Part shown: positions 9,119 to 19,112 of the stretch, one piece after another | Layout: every line of letters begins with the position of its first letter | How positions within the stretch are numbered: position 1 is the first letter of the stretch | Position numbers and translations under genes: made by a program | Source: a virus | Taxonomy: Duplodnaviria; Caudoviricetes | Length of the DNA stretch: 64,000 bases | Virus record (IMG/VR): IMGVR_UViG_3300032030_002018 | Direction: 5' to 3' (one strand) | The notes under the pieces: model-generated | Database searches by the model: none | Told to the model about the DNA's origin: nothing | The model's input: only the letters and a program-made list of their open reading frames with translations

Positions 9119-9941
9119 AATAGTTCAATATGATTTCCTTATCATTTGTTATATCCTCTGAATCATTTATCTCTATTTTATATATACCGTAATCTGTGTC
9201 AATATCAACAAACTCAAATGATTTATCCTGAATATTCCATACAACAAATCCGTGTTGTGTTACCTTCTCTCCCATATTCTGCTGTATCAATGACCCAGGA
9301 TATACAATATCTGTATCACCTCTTTTTAGATGCTGTCTCTTATGAATATGTCCAGCCATAACAACATCACACCCTTCAAAGAAATCATCATCAGTACCGG
9401 CATCCAATATGATACCAGAATTTAATGTAGCACCTTTAACTATTCCGTGATATAACCCTACTGTAACATTGTCAGGGTTTTCCCTTATTACATCCTTTAT
9501 ATACGGTCTGTTATATTCGTCGTGTATTGAATACAATACCCAAGTAATATTGTCGTCAATAACCACACCACTTTTGTAATCAAGGAATTTGTCAAGGAAT
9601 ATGGAATTATCAAACTGTGCTGTTTCAAACAACGCGCTTATGGTATCAGTTCTATTGTTGTTATTAACAAGCATATCGTGATTACCACTTATCACGAGAA
9701 CCTTACAGATTTCTTCAAGTCTTCTTATGAAATTACCCATTATGACAAATAGTTCATTTGACACTGTTGTCTTCTGATGCGCAATATCACCACATACGAC
9801 AATTCTCATTTCATCCTTATCATACCCTTGTGACAATTCCTTAATCTTTTCTATTGTCTTACAAATCTGTTCCTCATACTCTTCGTGACGTTGTACATTC
9901 CTTATATGAACGTCACTTATTTGAAAAACCCTCTTTATCAT
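9117..9941 (-). CDS. SbcD/Mre11-like metallophosphoesterase nuclease (T4 gp47-like)
   Basis: SDVH, CGDIAH, SGNHD, YHG, AGHIH, YPGSLIQQNMGE. Confidence 0.9.
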   Translation of the reverse strand: MIKRVFQISDVHIRNVQRHEEYEEQICKTIEKIKELSQGYDKDEMRIVVCGDIAHQKTTVSNELFVIMGNFIRRLEEICKVLVISGNHDMLVNNNNRTDTISALFETAQFDNSIFLDKFLDYKSGVVIDDNITWVLYSIHDEYNRPYIKDVIRENPDNVTVGLYHGIVKGATLNSGIILDAGTDDDFFEGCDVVMAGHIHKRQHLKRGDTDIVYPGSLIQQNMGEKVTQHGFVVWNIQDKSFEFVDIDTDYGIYKIEINDSEDITNDKEIILNY

Positions 9942-10945
9942 AGCAAACTCTCTCTAATTTTTGTTGATTTACTCATATGTTCCAATATCAATTTCCTTCC
10001 ACCAATCTCATATATCTTTGACGGGTCAAGTTCATTATCTACTGGAATATATCTTATTTTACCATACAACCTATCACTGTTTAATGTCTTATATAATGTC
10101 TTAACGCTCTCATAAGCGTCTCCGTCAAGGAATATGTTTACATTAGATGAAGCCATCTTTCTTATCTGCCAAAGAAGATAAAACTCATCATTCAGAACCT
10201 TTCCTAATAACGGTATTGAATTTGGAACTACTATATGGTCAAAAGGTCCTTCAACCAGTGTTATATCAGCATCCCACTCAACTTTATTCTCGTTGAATAT
10301 TATGTTTTTCCTCTCAACTTTTGGATTGTAATACTTTTGTCTTTTCTTAATTCCTGTATAATCCCTACCAGTCCAATAATTCAATTCACAACACTTGTCA
10401 TAAGACGGTATCACTATCCTGTTCGACAATATCCTTTTATCTGTATCCTCTCCTATGAACCCAATATCATACTTCTCTATAATATCACGTCCTACACCCC
10501 TGTCAGTAAGATATTTCAAAGCTTTATCATTGTTGTGTTCACTAAATGACTTGAACCCATTTGGAAGCGTTATTTTCTCATTATCAAGGATAATATCGTC
10601 CTTATCAAAGAACATATCATATAACCTACTCTCTTTCAACGACTTGATATTCTCATCAAATTCTCTTAAATGATTTTGATTTCCATATGTTTTTATAAGT
10701 TTCCTTACATTGCCTTTCATATTGGAATCACATTCAGCACTGCATTTCCAACAGTTGAATATCATTCTTCTCAATGATATTGACAGGTTGTATTTGGCGA
10801 TTTCTCCCTGTCCATATTTTTCAATACAGGAAGGGCAAGGATATTCAAGTTGCAATGTGTCGTCAATATCTTGTTTGGGGCTACCCAATATTTCGTCAAG
10901 TATGTTCTTTATCCTAGTAATCTCTATTGGAATCATAGTACGCAA
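9938..10945 (-). CDS. DNA primase-like protein (Zn finger + TOPRIM)
   Basis: CPSC..NCWKC zinc-binding domain, YLTDRG, RIVIPS, WTGR, LVEGPFD, FLDGD. Confidence 0.88.
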   Translation of the reverse strand: MRTMIPIEITRIKNILDEILGSPKQDIDDTLQLEYPCPSCIEKYGQGEIAKYNLSISLRRMIFNCWKCSAECDSNMKGNVRKLIKTYGNQNHLREFDENIKSLKESRLYDMFFDKDDIILDNEKITLPNGFKSFSEHNNDKALKYLTDRGVGRDIIEKYDIGFIGEDTDKRILSNRIVIPSYDKCCELNYWTGRDYTGIKKRQKYYNPKVERKNIIFNENKVEWDADITLVEGPFDHIVVPNSIPLLGKVLNDEFYLLWQIRKMASSNVNIFLDGDAYESVKTLYKTLNSDRLYGKIRYIPVDNELDPSKIYEIGGRKLILEHMSKSTKIRESLL

Positions 10946-11151
10946 TGTCCTAATATAACTGAAACATACAGTATTAACATACCAAGAATGAAATAGAACA
11001 ATAACCCTGTATAAACTGACTGTATAAACACTGTTATTATTTTCTCATAATTCTTAAAAGCGAATTTTTTGTCTTTTTCTTTAAAAAATAATAGAAAAAA
11101 ACATTGTATAATTGCAAAAACAGCAAAAAATGTTATAAAAATTTTCATCAT
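10933..11151 (-). CDS. Small 2-TM membrane protein
   Basis: 72 aa, two hydrophobic stretches; variant sigmaA promoter (TTTG-N20-TATCTTTA) at 11165-11196. Confidence 0.6.
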   Translation of the reverse strand: MMKIFITFFAVFAIIQCFFLLFFKEKDKKFAFKNYEKIITVFIQSVYTGLLFYFILGMLILYVSVILGHCVL

Positions 11152-11221
11152 AATATTTTTTGTTTAAAGATATATTTTTATTTTCTAAAAACCAAACTAT
11201 TTATATTAAAAAAACATAGAT

Positions 11222-11434
11222 ATGGATGAAAAAAAGAAAATATATGACAGTGATTTACTATATATGATGATAGAACGCATTGACCACGATATATTTGCGT
11301 GGGGACAATGCGCTCGCTATGCGATAAGGGAAGGCTATCTTGTAGAAAATGATGGCTTCACTATTGATTTGAAGGAAATTGAAGAGAAAAACAACTGTCC
11401 TGAACCGGATGGTATGTGGATGGCTGAAATTTAA
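11222..11434 (+). CDS. Small late hypothetical protein
   Basis: 70 aa, preceded by TATTTATA at 11198-11205; contains AIREGYLVE. Confidence 0.65.
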   Translation: MDEKKKIYDSDLLYMMIERIDHDIFAWGQCARYAIREGYLVENDGFTIDLKEIEEKNNCPEPDGMWMAEI

Positions 11435-12195
11435 AAGAACATTTTTCTGTTAATCTTATTGTTCCAGAAGGTAACTTCGAATTCAACAAATTCTTCTTTC
11501 TCATTTATATTCAGCGATTTGAATTTCGGCTCTCCGTTTTTCTCTTTATGTATTTCACCAAGGCAAGCTACGTATGCGTCAACCGCATCGTAGTTTTCCT
11601 TTTTTAATTCCCCTGACTTATCATAAAGCCAAGGTATCTCAGGGAATATCTTCGCAACTTTCTGTTGGAGTATTGTTTTCTTGTCGGTACACCAAGGATA
11701 TTCTCCGAACAAAACAAATTTGTTCTTTCTTATATTGTTGACAATTTTGTCTTTCGGATATTTCTCATCATCCCTGTGATATTTTCTTGGAGACATAAGC
11801 TCAGGGAACGAATACTTCCTGGCATCATAACTTGATATGTATATTGGAACAATATTCAATATGTCATATATACAGCTTGACACCATACCGTTGAATCGCA
11901 ATAAAGTTGACACAGTTACAGCGTTGTTGCTTTGTATCAAAGGTTCTTCTATTATAACCTTTGTTATACCCATATCCTTGTACTTGGATATGAATTCCTC
12001 AAATATCTTTTTCTTGACAAATAACTGTTCATTTACATCCTTGATTTTATTAGGTACTTTTGGCTTAATATGAGTCAATTCTATAATCTTACCGTACTCA
12101 GAACCGTCATCGTATAACAAACAAACACCAATACACGATGTACTAACGTCTAGTCCTAAGTATATATTATTGTTATTCTTAATATTATCCATCAT
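11431..12195 (-). CDS. RuvC-like (RNase H fold) Holliday junction resolvase
   Basis: YLGLDVSTSCIG, VIIEEP, LLRFNG, DAVDAY catalytic acidic residues. Confidence 0.8.
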   Translation of the reverse strand: MMDNIKNNNNIYLGLDVSTSCIGVCLLYDDGSEYGKIIELTHIKPKVPNKIKDVNEQLFVKKKIFEEFISKYKDMGITKVIIEEPLIQSNNAVTVSTLLRFNGMVSSCIYDILNIVPIYISSYDARKYSFPELMSPRKYHRDDEKYPKDKIVNNIRKNKFVLFGEYPWCTDKKTILQQKVAKIFPEIPWLYDKSGELKKENYDAVDAYVACLGEIHKEKNGEPKFKSLNINEKEEFVEFEVTFWNNKINRKMFF

Positions 12196-12333
12196 ATATA
12201 TTATTAATATTGTTATTCCGGTTAATATTATCCGGACGTTTTATATAAAATATATTATTATATGTAAAAAAGTGAATGAAATTTTTGGTTTTTTAAAATA
12301 TTTTATATATATTTCTTAAAATTTCTAAAAATA

Positions 12334-12657
12334 ATGAAAAATTTAGATGAATTAATTAAGGAATATTGTTCATTGAATAATCTGAAATACCGTGAGTTTA
12401 AGGAAAAATGCCTTGAAACTGGATTTAACATAATAAGATTCGGAAATTCTCCAATAGAGAAATTCAGGATGGAAAAAATGATTGAGAGAAATGATACAGA
12501 AGAAAAACCTAGAACAGTTGTTAAAGTCGAGGAAAGAACAGAAGACAACAAAGATATCGGAAAAAAAGAAGAAGAAATCAAACGAGTTGAAAAAGATGAT
12601 GTCAAGGTAAAAGAAGATAACAAACCAAAAAAGAGAGTCAGAATACTGAAAAAATAA
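12334..12657 (+). CDS. Hypothetical charged protein
   Basis: 107 aa, TAATG overlap with sbcC-like gene; variant promoter at 12284-12315. Confidence 0.7.
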   Translation: MKNLDELIKEYCSLNNLKYREFKEKCLETGFNIIRFGNSPIEKFRMEKMIERNDTEEKPRTVVKVEERTEDNKDIGKKEEEIKRVEKDDVKVKEDNKPKKRVRILKK

Positions 12658-15038
12658 TGAAGAAACTAAAAGATAAATCAAAGGCAATAATATGTTGGAA
12701 TGTATCTCCATATGACTATTCCAACGACAAGGTGCGTGATATCATATCAATAGCTTCATCAAAATACGGATTACCAAAATCATCAATCAAGGTGATACCT
12801 CAATTCACAACACAAGACAAGGATGGAAAGGATGTCACAATAACAAGCGATATAACGTCAAATATACAAAATCCTGATTTCCAAAAGAAGTTGTTTAGAG
12901 AATACATTGATATTAATAAAATTGAGGGGTATGATTGGGATTTGATATGCGGTATTGACGATGATATCAATAACAATATAAATTATTCTGTATACGATAA
13001 ATACAGGAGATATAAGATTAAATGGGTAAAATGGAGTAATTTCCTTTCATATGGAAGTGATAATTTCCTTGATTTCTCCAATATGAGAGGTCTTGTATTG
13101 CTTAATGGTAGAAATCAAAGTGGAAAGACAACACTCGCATTAGACTTGATTAGATTCCTGTTATTCGGCAGTATAACGAAATACCAAACACAGGACAAGA
13201 TATTCAACAAGTTTATACCAGAGGCAACATCAGTAACTGTTGAGGGGTGTATATGCGTTGACGATGAGGATTATGTCATTAAAAGGACGTTATCGAGACC
13301 TTCTCTTAATAAGAGAACAGCAAAGAGCAGGGTGAGTCAGAAAGTTGAGTATTTCAAGATTGTAGGTGATAATGTTGAGGAACTTGAAGACTACACTGAA
13401 AATAAACAGGAAGATTCAACGAAAAATACAAATAAGAGAATAAAGGAAGTTATTGGTATTGAAGACGATTTCGACCTTGTTATGTCTGTAACAGACGCAT
13501 CACTTGATTCATTGATAGAAAAGAAAGATACTGAGAGAGGTAGATTATTCTCACGATGGATTGGGTTATTACCAATAGAAGAAAAGGGTGTCATCGCAAG
13601 AGAGAAATTCAATCAATCAATAAAACCTTCATTGTTGTCAAACAAATACAACATAGAAGACCTGAATAACGAAATAACAACAATAGCAACCAACATTAAT
13701 GATATTCTTGAACGTAACAGTGTAATACATAATAAGATAAACAATATAACAAAGGAAATCAATAAATTAGAAAGGAAGAAGGAAAAACTTCTTTTATCAA
13801 AACAAAACATTGATAATGAATTACTTAAAATTGATATTACAACTCTTAACAGGTCTATTGAAGATGTAACGGCATTAGGCAAGAGAAAGAAAGAGGAATT
13901 GGATGCTGTTGTAAAAGAGATTGATTATATTGGCGATATTGATTTCTCAATTGAAGACTATGACAATATCATATCAAAGACAAATGATATGAATGTCGAT
14001 AAGAGTGTTATGGCAGAGAAATACAAGTTGTTGTCTATGAGTATCAATGAATTGAAGAACAGCGAATACTGTCCTACTTGTGGAAGGAAATTCGATAATA
14101 TTGACAACAGTAAGAAAATATCAGAAATAGAGGCTGAATTGGAAACAATCAAAAATAAAGGAATTGAGTTAAAGAAACAGATTGATTCAAATAATTCCCT
14201 GATTGAGTCTATGAAAGTAAAGAGGGAACAGTATTACAGGAAAGGAAACCTTACAGTTCAAAAGTCCGCGTATGAACTTAATATTGAACAACTTAGGAAC
14301 AGACTGATTGAACTAAGGAATACCCTAAAAGAATACAATAAGAATAGTGACGCTATTGATGCCAACAATAAACTTGATATTGAAATTGCAAATGTTGATA
14401 TATTATTAAACAACAAAAGAGAAGAAAAAACACTCAATGAAAAATATATAATAAACAATGAGTCCACAATATCATTGTATAAAGAAGAAATATCAAGGAG
14501 GGAAGATATTATCAATGAAATAAACAAGGAGGTAGAATTAGTCAAGAACTGGAAAATTTACCTTGATATGGTTGGAAAGAACGGTATATCTAAGATGGTT
14601 TTAAGAAAGACATTGCCAATTATAAACGCAAGGTTATCACAACTTCTTAATGATGTATGCGACTTTGATGTTGAGGTAAGGATGAATGACAAGAATGAGG
14701 TGTCGTTCAATATAATCAAGGATGGTGTTCTTTCTGATTTAAGTGGTGGTAGTGGATTTGAGAAAACAGCGTCTTCATTGGCTTTAAGAGCTGTGTTGGC
14801 TGATATATCCACAATACCAAAATCGTCATTCATACTGTTTGATGAGATACTTGGAAGAGTTGATGAGGAGAATTACGATAATATGCATAACTTATTCAAC
14901 AAGATACTCACAGGATATGATTTCATAATATCAGTGAACCATATAAAGGAATGTAAGGACTGGTTCAATAAGATTATAAATGTTACAAAGAAAGACAACA
15001 TATCGGTTGTTGAGATAGATAATAGAGAAAATGTTTAA
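12657..15038 (+). CDS. SbcC/Rad50-like recombination ATPase (T4 gp46-like)
   Basis: WSNFLSYG, Walker A GRNQSGKT, coiled coils, zinc hook CPTC, signature SGFE, Walker B LFDE, H-loop VNH. Confidence 0.93.
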   Translation: MKKLKDKSKAIICWNVSPYDYSNDKVRDIISIASSKYGLPKSSIKVIPQFTTQDKDGKDVTITSDITSNIQNPDFQKKLFREYIDINKIEGYDWDLICGIDDDINNNINYSVYDKYRRYKIKWVKWSNFLSYGSDNFLDFSNMRGLVLLNGRNQSGKTTLALDLIRFLLFGSITKYQTQDKIFNKFIPEATSVTVEGCICVDDEDYVIKRTLSRPSLNKRTAKSRVSQKVEYFKIVGDNVEELEDYTENKQEDSTKNTNKRIKEVIGIEDDFDLVMSVTDASLDSLIEKKDTERGRLFSRWIGLLPIEEKGVIAREKFNQSIKPSLLSNKYNIEDLNNEITTIATNINDILERNSVIHNKINNITKEINKLERKKEKLLLSKQNIDNELLKIDITTLNRSIEDVTALGKRKKEELDAVVKEIDYIGDIDFSIEDYDNIISKTNDMNVDKSVMAEKYKLLSMSINELKNSEYCPTCGRKFDNIDNSKKISEIEAELETIKNKGIELKKQIDSNNSLIESMKVKREQYYRKGNLTVQKSAYELNIEQLRNRLIELRNTLKEYNKNSDAIDANNKLDIEIANVDILLNNKREEKTLNEKYIINNESTISLYKEEISRREDIINEINKEVELVKNWKIYLDMVGKNGISKMVLRKTLPIINARLSQLLNDVCDFDVEVRMNDKNEVSFNIIKDGVLSDLSGGSGFEKTASSLALRAVLADISTIPKSSFILFDEILGRVDEENYDNMHNLFNKILTGYDFIISVNHIKECKDWFNKIINVTKKDNISVVEIDNRENV

Positions 15039-15046
15039 CCTTTTAA

Positions 15047-15769
15047 ATGAGCGATTATGTAAATGATTTCAATGAATGTGTAAAATATTATTTCGAAGAA
15101 TTGAAGAAATACAAGCCGTTGAAACGAGAGGAAGAGAGAGAATTTATAATAAAGGCTAAAAATGGGGATATTGAAGCAAGGAATAAAGTGATATCATCGA
15201 ACCTGAGGTTTGTTTTTGAAATGGCTAAAAGATACAAGGGTTCAGGAATATCAATAGACGAACTTATTGCAGAAGGCAATCTTGGAATGATGAAAGCAAT
15301 TGATAAGTTCAATGTTGACTATGATATAAAATTCTACTCATATGCCGTATGGTGGATTAAGCAGTATATGAAATCAGCCATAAAGAAGAATATGGAGAAA
15401 AGCAACATTGAAGGCAATGAAGACGAAATTGCTCACAGTATCATAAGCAATACAATTCCTGATGATGAAGACGAAAAAGTCAACAAGTCAGAAACCATAA
15501 TGTCAAATGAAGAAGACGAATACAACGCTGAATTAGAAGCGAACAAAAAGGTTGTTGTTGAGAATTTATTGGTGAAACTTGATGATAGAGAAAGAGTCAT
15601 AATAGAAAATTATTATGGAATAAACGGCAAAAAAGAAAAAAACCTTGAAGAAATAGGAGTTATGTTAGACATAAGCAAAGAGAGGGTAAGACAAATAAAA
15701 ATGTCTTCAATAAAGAAAATGAGATGCGAGATACTCACTATGGACAAGGCTGAATTTATGTTTACCTGA
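15047..15769 (+). CDS. Phage sigma70-family RNA polymerase sigma factor (RpoD/RpoS-like)
   Basis: SNLRFV..AKRY, ELIAEGNLGMMKAIDKF, KFYSYAVWWIKQ (region 2); NLEEIG..ISKERVRQI (region 4). Confidence 0.95.
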   Translation: MSDYVNDFNECVKYYFEELKKYKPLKREEEREFIIKAKNGDIEARNKVISSNLRFVFEMAKRYKGSGISIDELIAEGNLGMMKAIDKFNVDYDIKFYSYAVWWIKQYMKSAIKKNMEKSNIEGNEDEIAHSIISNTIPDDEDEKVNKSETIMSNEEDEYNAELEANKKVVVENLLVKLDDRERVIIENYYGINGKKEKNLEEIGVMLDISKERVRQIKMSSIKKMRCEILTMDKAEFMFT

Positions 15770-15777
15770 TATTTATA
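15768..15777 (+). promoter_or_regulatory. Candidate phage late promoter GATATTTATA
   Basis: Recurrent motif 14 nt before the 15792 ATG. Confidence 0.6.
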
Positions 15778-15791
15778 TTTAAAATAATCAT

Positions 15792-16157
15792 ATGGAAGAG
15801 AAAAAGAAACCTGGAAGACCAAAAAAGAATGCTGACAAGAAGAAAACAGTAAAAGTGTCAGCGAAAAAGAATGTGGTAGTAAAAGAAACAAATGTTGAAC
15901 CAATATCACTTTCAACAAGCGAAGTTGAAGAAATAAAGAATGAATCCACAGGAAAAACACTTGAAACAAATCCTGTATATAATTCATTAGTATCAAAAGA
16001 AGAAGAAACAGTTAAAGTTGAGAGTGAAGTAAATGAAATATCTGGGGAAAATAAAACTGAGCCAGATAAAAAAGAAGAAATAAATGAAATAAGCCATAAA
16101 AACAAGAGAGTGTATTTCACTTCTGTTTGGAATGGCATTGAAATGGATTCATATTAA
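15792..16157 (+). CDS. Low-complexity K/E-rich protein
   Basis: 121 aa; KKPGRPKK N-terminus, acidic middle, C-terminal VWNGIEMD. Confidence 0.75.
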   Translation: MEEKKKPGRPKKNADKKKTVKVSAKKNVVVKETNVEPISLSTSEVEEIKNESTGKTLETNPVYNSLVSKEEETVKVESEVNEISGENKTEPDKKEEINEISHKNKRVYFTSVWNGIEMDSY

Positions 16158-16160
16158 AAA

Positions 16161-17459
16161 ATGGCAATCAAGAAGAAAAACAATATCGACTTTACAAGGA
16201 AAATGTTAGAAAGAATAAGGTTAGTCAATGAAGTGAAATTCACTAACAGTCCTTTACTAACAGAGGAAAATGGTTTCGTTATAAAGAAAAACGACACTAA
16301 ATTTGGTAATATACGACAATCACAGGAAGAACAGTTGCGACAAACCATTGGAGACGTTGAACTTGATGATGATGGTGTTGTGTTTTTCCCTGATAACAGC
16401 AATATCGTGCTTAACGGTTATATCAAGGGTATGAATGTTAAGTTCCAATTTAAATATAACGACCAGTCAGGTGATGGATGTTATATAACTGGCGCAGATG
16501 TGCAAATGACAGACTCAAATACAAAGACATTGCAAAAGATTAGGGCGGCTTATGAGAATTGGAAAACATCATTAGACCAAGACGCTACGATTATCAGAGA
16601 CCTTGAAAACGCTGTTAAAAATAATAATAACAACGTTTCAGAATCATCAATTGATAATAGACGAATTATTAAAGAGGAATTTAGGAGGAGACACAGTAAA
16701 GCGCATTCAATTAAAGAAGATGTTATGGCAAGATTTTACAACATCACTACAAACAGAAATAAACCTGTTTTAGTTGAAGGTGTTACTATAGACCGAATAA
16801 TAAAGAAACACGGAGATAAAGGACTTGTAATTGTTAGTGCCAACAGAAGCGATATGGATAGTGATTATAATGACAATAAAACCAGGGAATTAATTCACGA
16901 TATAAAAGATTCAGGATATTCGTATTTACCAGTATATGGCGGCTACCGTGGAACTGATGGAGTTGAAGACGATTACGAACCTTCATTTATAATATTCAAT
17001 TACGACAATAATGGAGATGAAAGAGATTTTGATGAATTACGTGATTTTGCTTTATATTGCTGTGGTAAATTCAACCAAAATTCAGTATTGATTAAAGCAC
17101 CGTCAACGCCTCCAATATATGTTAACAAAGAAGGAAACAAGGTGAATTCTAAAGAAAGCGATGAAGTTATAAAGAATGACCCAAAACAGCAATTTTTTTC
17201 TTCTCTAAAATCAAAAGAAGATGTTGACAACGAAATAAGAGAAAAACTTATGGGAAAGTACAAGACATTTTGCCATATAAGTAATATACCTGTAACTAAA
17301 AGCGGATTTGAGAAATTTTGCAAAGAAAACCTTACTAATATTGATAGTATCGGTAAAAGATGGACTTATGACATACAGTTTGAATGTTACGTCAATCCAA
17401 TGCCTTGCCAATTATCAGAAAGAATGAGGAGAAAAGGCGAGATTATGATTTGGGATTAA
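16161..17459 (+). CDS. Head-type protein fused to a putative SAM-lyase (T3 SAMase-like) domain
   Basis: N-half has repeated L/I/V-x-E sites; C-half has VIVSANRS..N..GGYR..E..FNQNSVL, resembling T3 SAMase motifs. Confidence 0.65.
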   Translation: MAIKKKNNIDFTRKMLERIRLVNEVKFTNSPLLTEENGFVIKKNDTKFGNIRQSQEEQLRQTIGDVELDDDGVVFFPDNSNIVLNGYIKGMNVKFQFKYNDQSGDGCYITGADVQMTDSNTKTLQKIRAAYENWKTSLDQDATIIRDLENAVKNNNNNVSESSIDNRRIIKEEFRRRHSKAHSIKEDVMARFYNITTNRNKPVLVEGVTIDRIIKKHGDKGLVIVSANRSDMDSDYNDNKTRELIHDIKDSGYSYLPVYGGYRGTDGVEDDYEPSFIIFNYDNNGDERDFDELRDFALYCCGKFNQNSVLIKAPSTPPIYVNKEGNKVNSKESDEVIKNDPKQQFFSSLKSKEDVDNEIREKLMGKYKTFCHISNIPVTKSGFEKFCKENLTNIDSIGKRWTYDIQFECYVNPMPCQLSERMRRKGEIMIWD

Positions 17460-17728
17460 ACATTATAATCTGTTGGTTTTCTTATATTTATAACCAAATT
17501 ATCAAACTTAACGATAATTACATTATCGGACGGTACGAATTCGTTACCGTCCTTTTTTTCATTTAATCTGTAAAACAAATCCTCATCTATTTTTGAAAAT
17601 GATTCATTGTCAACAGTTATTGATAATGTGTTCCCACTTGAATAAACCCCATCTGCCCTAAGTTTTTCTGAAACAAGTTTTCCAAGTTCATATATATTAT
17701 AAGCTGTCAATTTTAAATCGCTTTTCAT
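17456..17728 (-). CDS. Hypothetical protein
   Basis: 90 aa, operon. Confidence 0.7.
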   Translation of the reverse strand: MKSDLKLTAYNIYELGKLVSEKLRADGVYSSGNTLSITVDNESFSKIDEDLFYRLNEKKDGNEFVPSDNVIIVKFDNLVINIRKPTDYNV

Positions 17729-17731
17729 TTC

Positions 17732-17962
17732 TTAAAACATCCTTAATATCTTATCTATAAAATACCTTGTTCTCTCCCTTAAAGACAGTTTCACCTTTTT
17801 TCTTCCACTTAACACATCATCAATGTCGTTACCAAGTTCTCCCCTCAACCTTTCAGCATACATATTCCTGGTTGATTCCAACATCTTCTTGGATATGTTT
17901 CTGTCACTCTTTAAAAGTTCAAGTTCAACTCCAACTGTTGCTCCTTCTTGTAATTCCTCCAT
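17732..17962 (-). CDS. Hypothetical protein
   Basis: 76 aa, overlaps the 3' end of the methyltransferase gene. Confidence 0.65.
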   Translation of the reverse strand: MEELQEGATVGVELELLKSDRNISKKMLESTRNMYAERLRGELGNDIDDVLSGRKKVKLSLRERTRYFIDKILRMF

Positions 17963-18762
17963 AATGTCTCTATCTTTTCCGTTGAATTGTTTTTAGTGTC
18001 ATATACGTGAGATGTAAATTGATATTTCTCAAATCCGTTGTCTGTCAGTATTTTGTATCTGTCACAATCATATCCGCTTATCAAAATCTTCGCCTTGCTG
18101 TTTATTACAGCATCAAGAAACTCATCCTGTTTGTCACCATCCATATCAACAGCGTATCTTGTACTGGTTCTTGTACTCCAATCATAAGGCGGGTCGCAAT
18201 AGAAAAACACTTTCTCATCATCATATTTCTTTATCAACTCAACAGCATCACGGTTCAATACAATCGTCTTTGACAACCTGTCGTGAAGTTCTGGTAACCT
18301 TTCAACTGCTGAAAGAAAATCTGACACACTCTTTGACATACCCCTTCTAACAGAATATCCATTTATAGAAATACCGCCTATAGAATTACGGCTAGTTCTG
18401 TTCACATAGAAATACATAAAAGCACGGTCAACAATAGATATACTGTCATCATCTTTCCTTAATACATTTATATATTCTTTCCTTAAGTCCTCACTATAAT
18501 AAGTCAATTCACATTTTTTTCTGAATTCATCAAATAACTCACTATCATTCAATACTTTATAAAAAGAATACACATTTTTGTACAAATCATTGTATATTTC
18601 TATTTCTGGTATATATTCCATACCAAGACCTACGCCATAAGAACCCCCGAATGGTTCAATATATGTTGTATAACTACCTTTGTCAGGAAATAGTTCATAT
18701 ATCTTGTTTCTCATCACATTCTTGCCTCCGAAATATTTAATAGGTGCTAATAGTTTTCTCAT
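17911..18762 (-). CDS. DNA adenine methyltransferase, D12/Dam family
   Basis: PIKYFGGK, YIEPFGGS, YNDL, FYCDPPY, ETLWRNY. Confidence 0.93.
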   Translation of the reverse strand: MRKLLAPIKYFGGKNVMRNKIYELFPDKGSYTTYIEPFGGSYGVGLGMEYIPEIEIYNDLYKNVYSFYKVLNDSELFDEFRKKCELTYYSEDLRKEYINVLRKDDDSISIVDRAFMYFYVNRTSRNSIGGISINGYSVRRGMSKSVSDFLSAVERLPELHDRLSKTIVLNRDAVELIKKYDDEKVFFYCDPPYDWSTRTSTRYAVDMDGDKQDEFLDAVINSKAKILISGYDCDRYKILTDNGFEKYQFTSHVYDTKNNSTEKIETLWRNYKKEQQLELNLNF

Positions 18763-19112
18763 TCCCTACCCTCTATATTGTTTTGTATTGTGTCAATTAG
18801 ATATACAGATGAAGCTGTTGCTACCATATCCAACATTGTTATGTACACAACATTAAGTTCCCCTCCATACAACATATGAAAAGGTGTTACATTTGTTCCG
18901 AAAATATTGTCAATAATTGATAATCCAAAACCAACCCAGGTTGGCGTGCAGAACATACAGGAAAGCATTTCCTCAAAATGCGGATGTATCTTCGGCGCAT
19001 ATTTCCTTATTTTCTCAAATATATGGAATGGACCGTTGGAATACACAAGCATAAATGAAATTCCATACGCGACAAGTATATATACAATAAGCCTAACCCA
19101 CATTGTCAACAA
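18759..19112 (-). CDS. DUF1360-like membrane protein
   Basis: GPFHIFEKIR..LSCMFCTPTWVG plus TM segments. Confidence 0.7.
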   Translation of the reverse strand: MLTMWVRLIVYILVAYGISFMLVYSNGPFHIFEKIRKYAPKIHPHFEEMLSCMFCTPTWVGFGLSIIDNIFGTNVTPFHMLYGGELNVVYITMLDMVATASSVYLIDTIQNNIEGRE

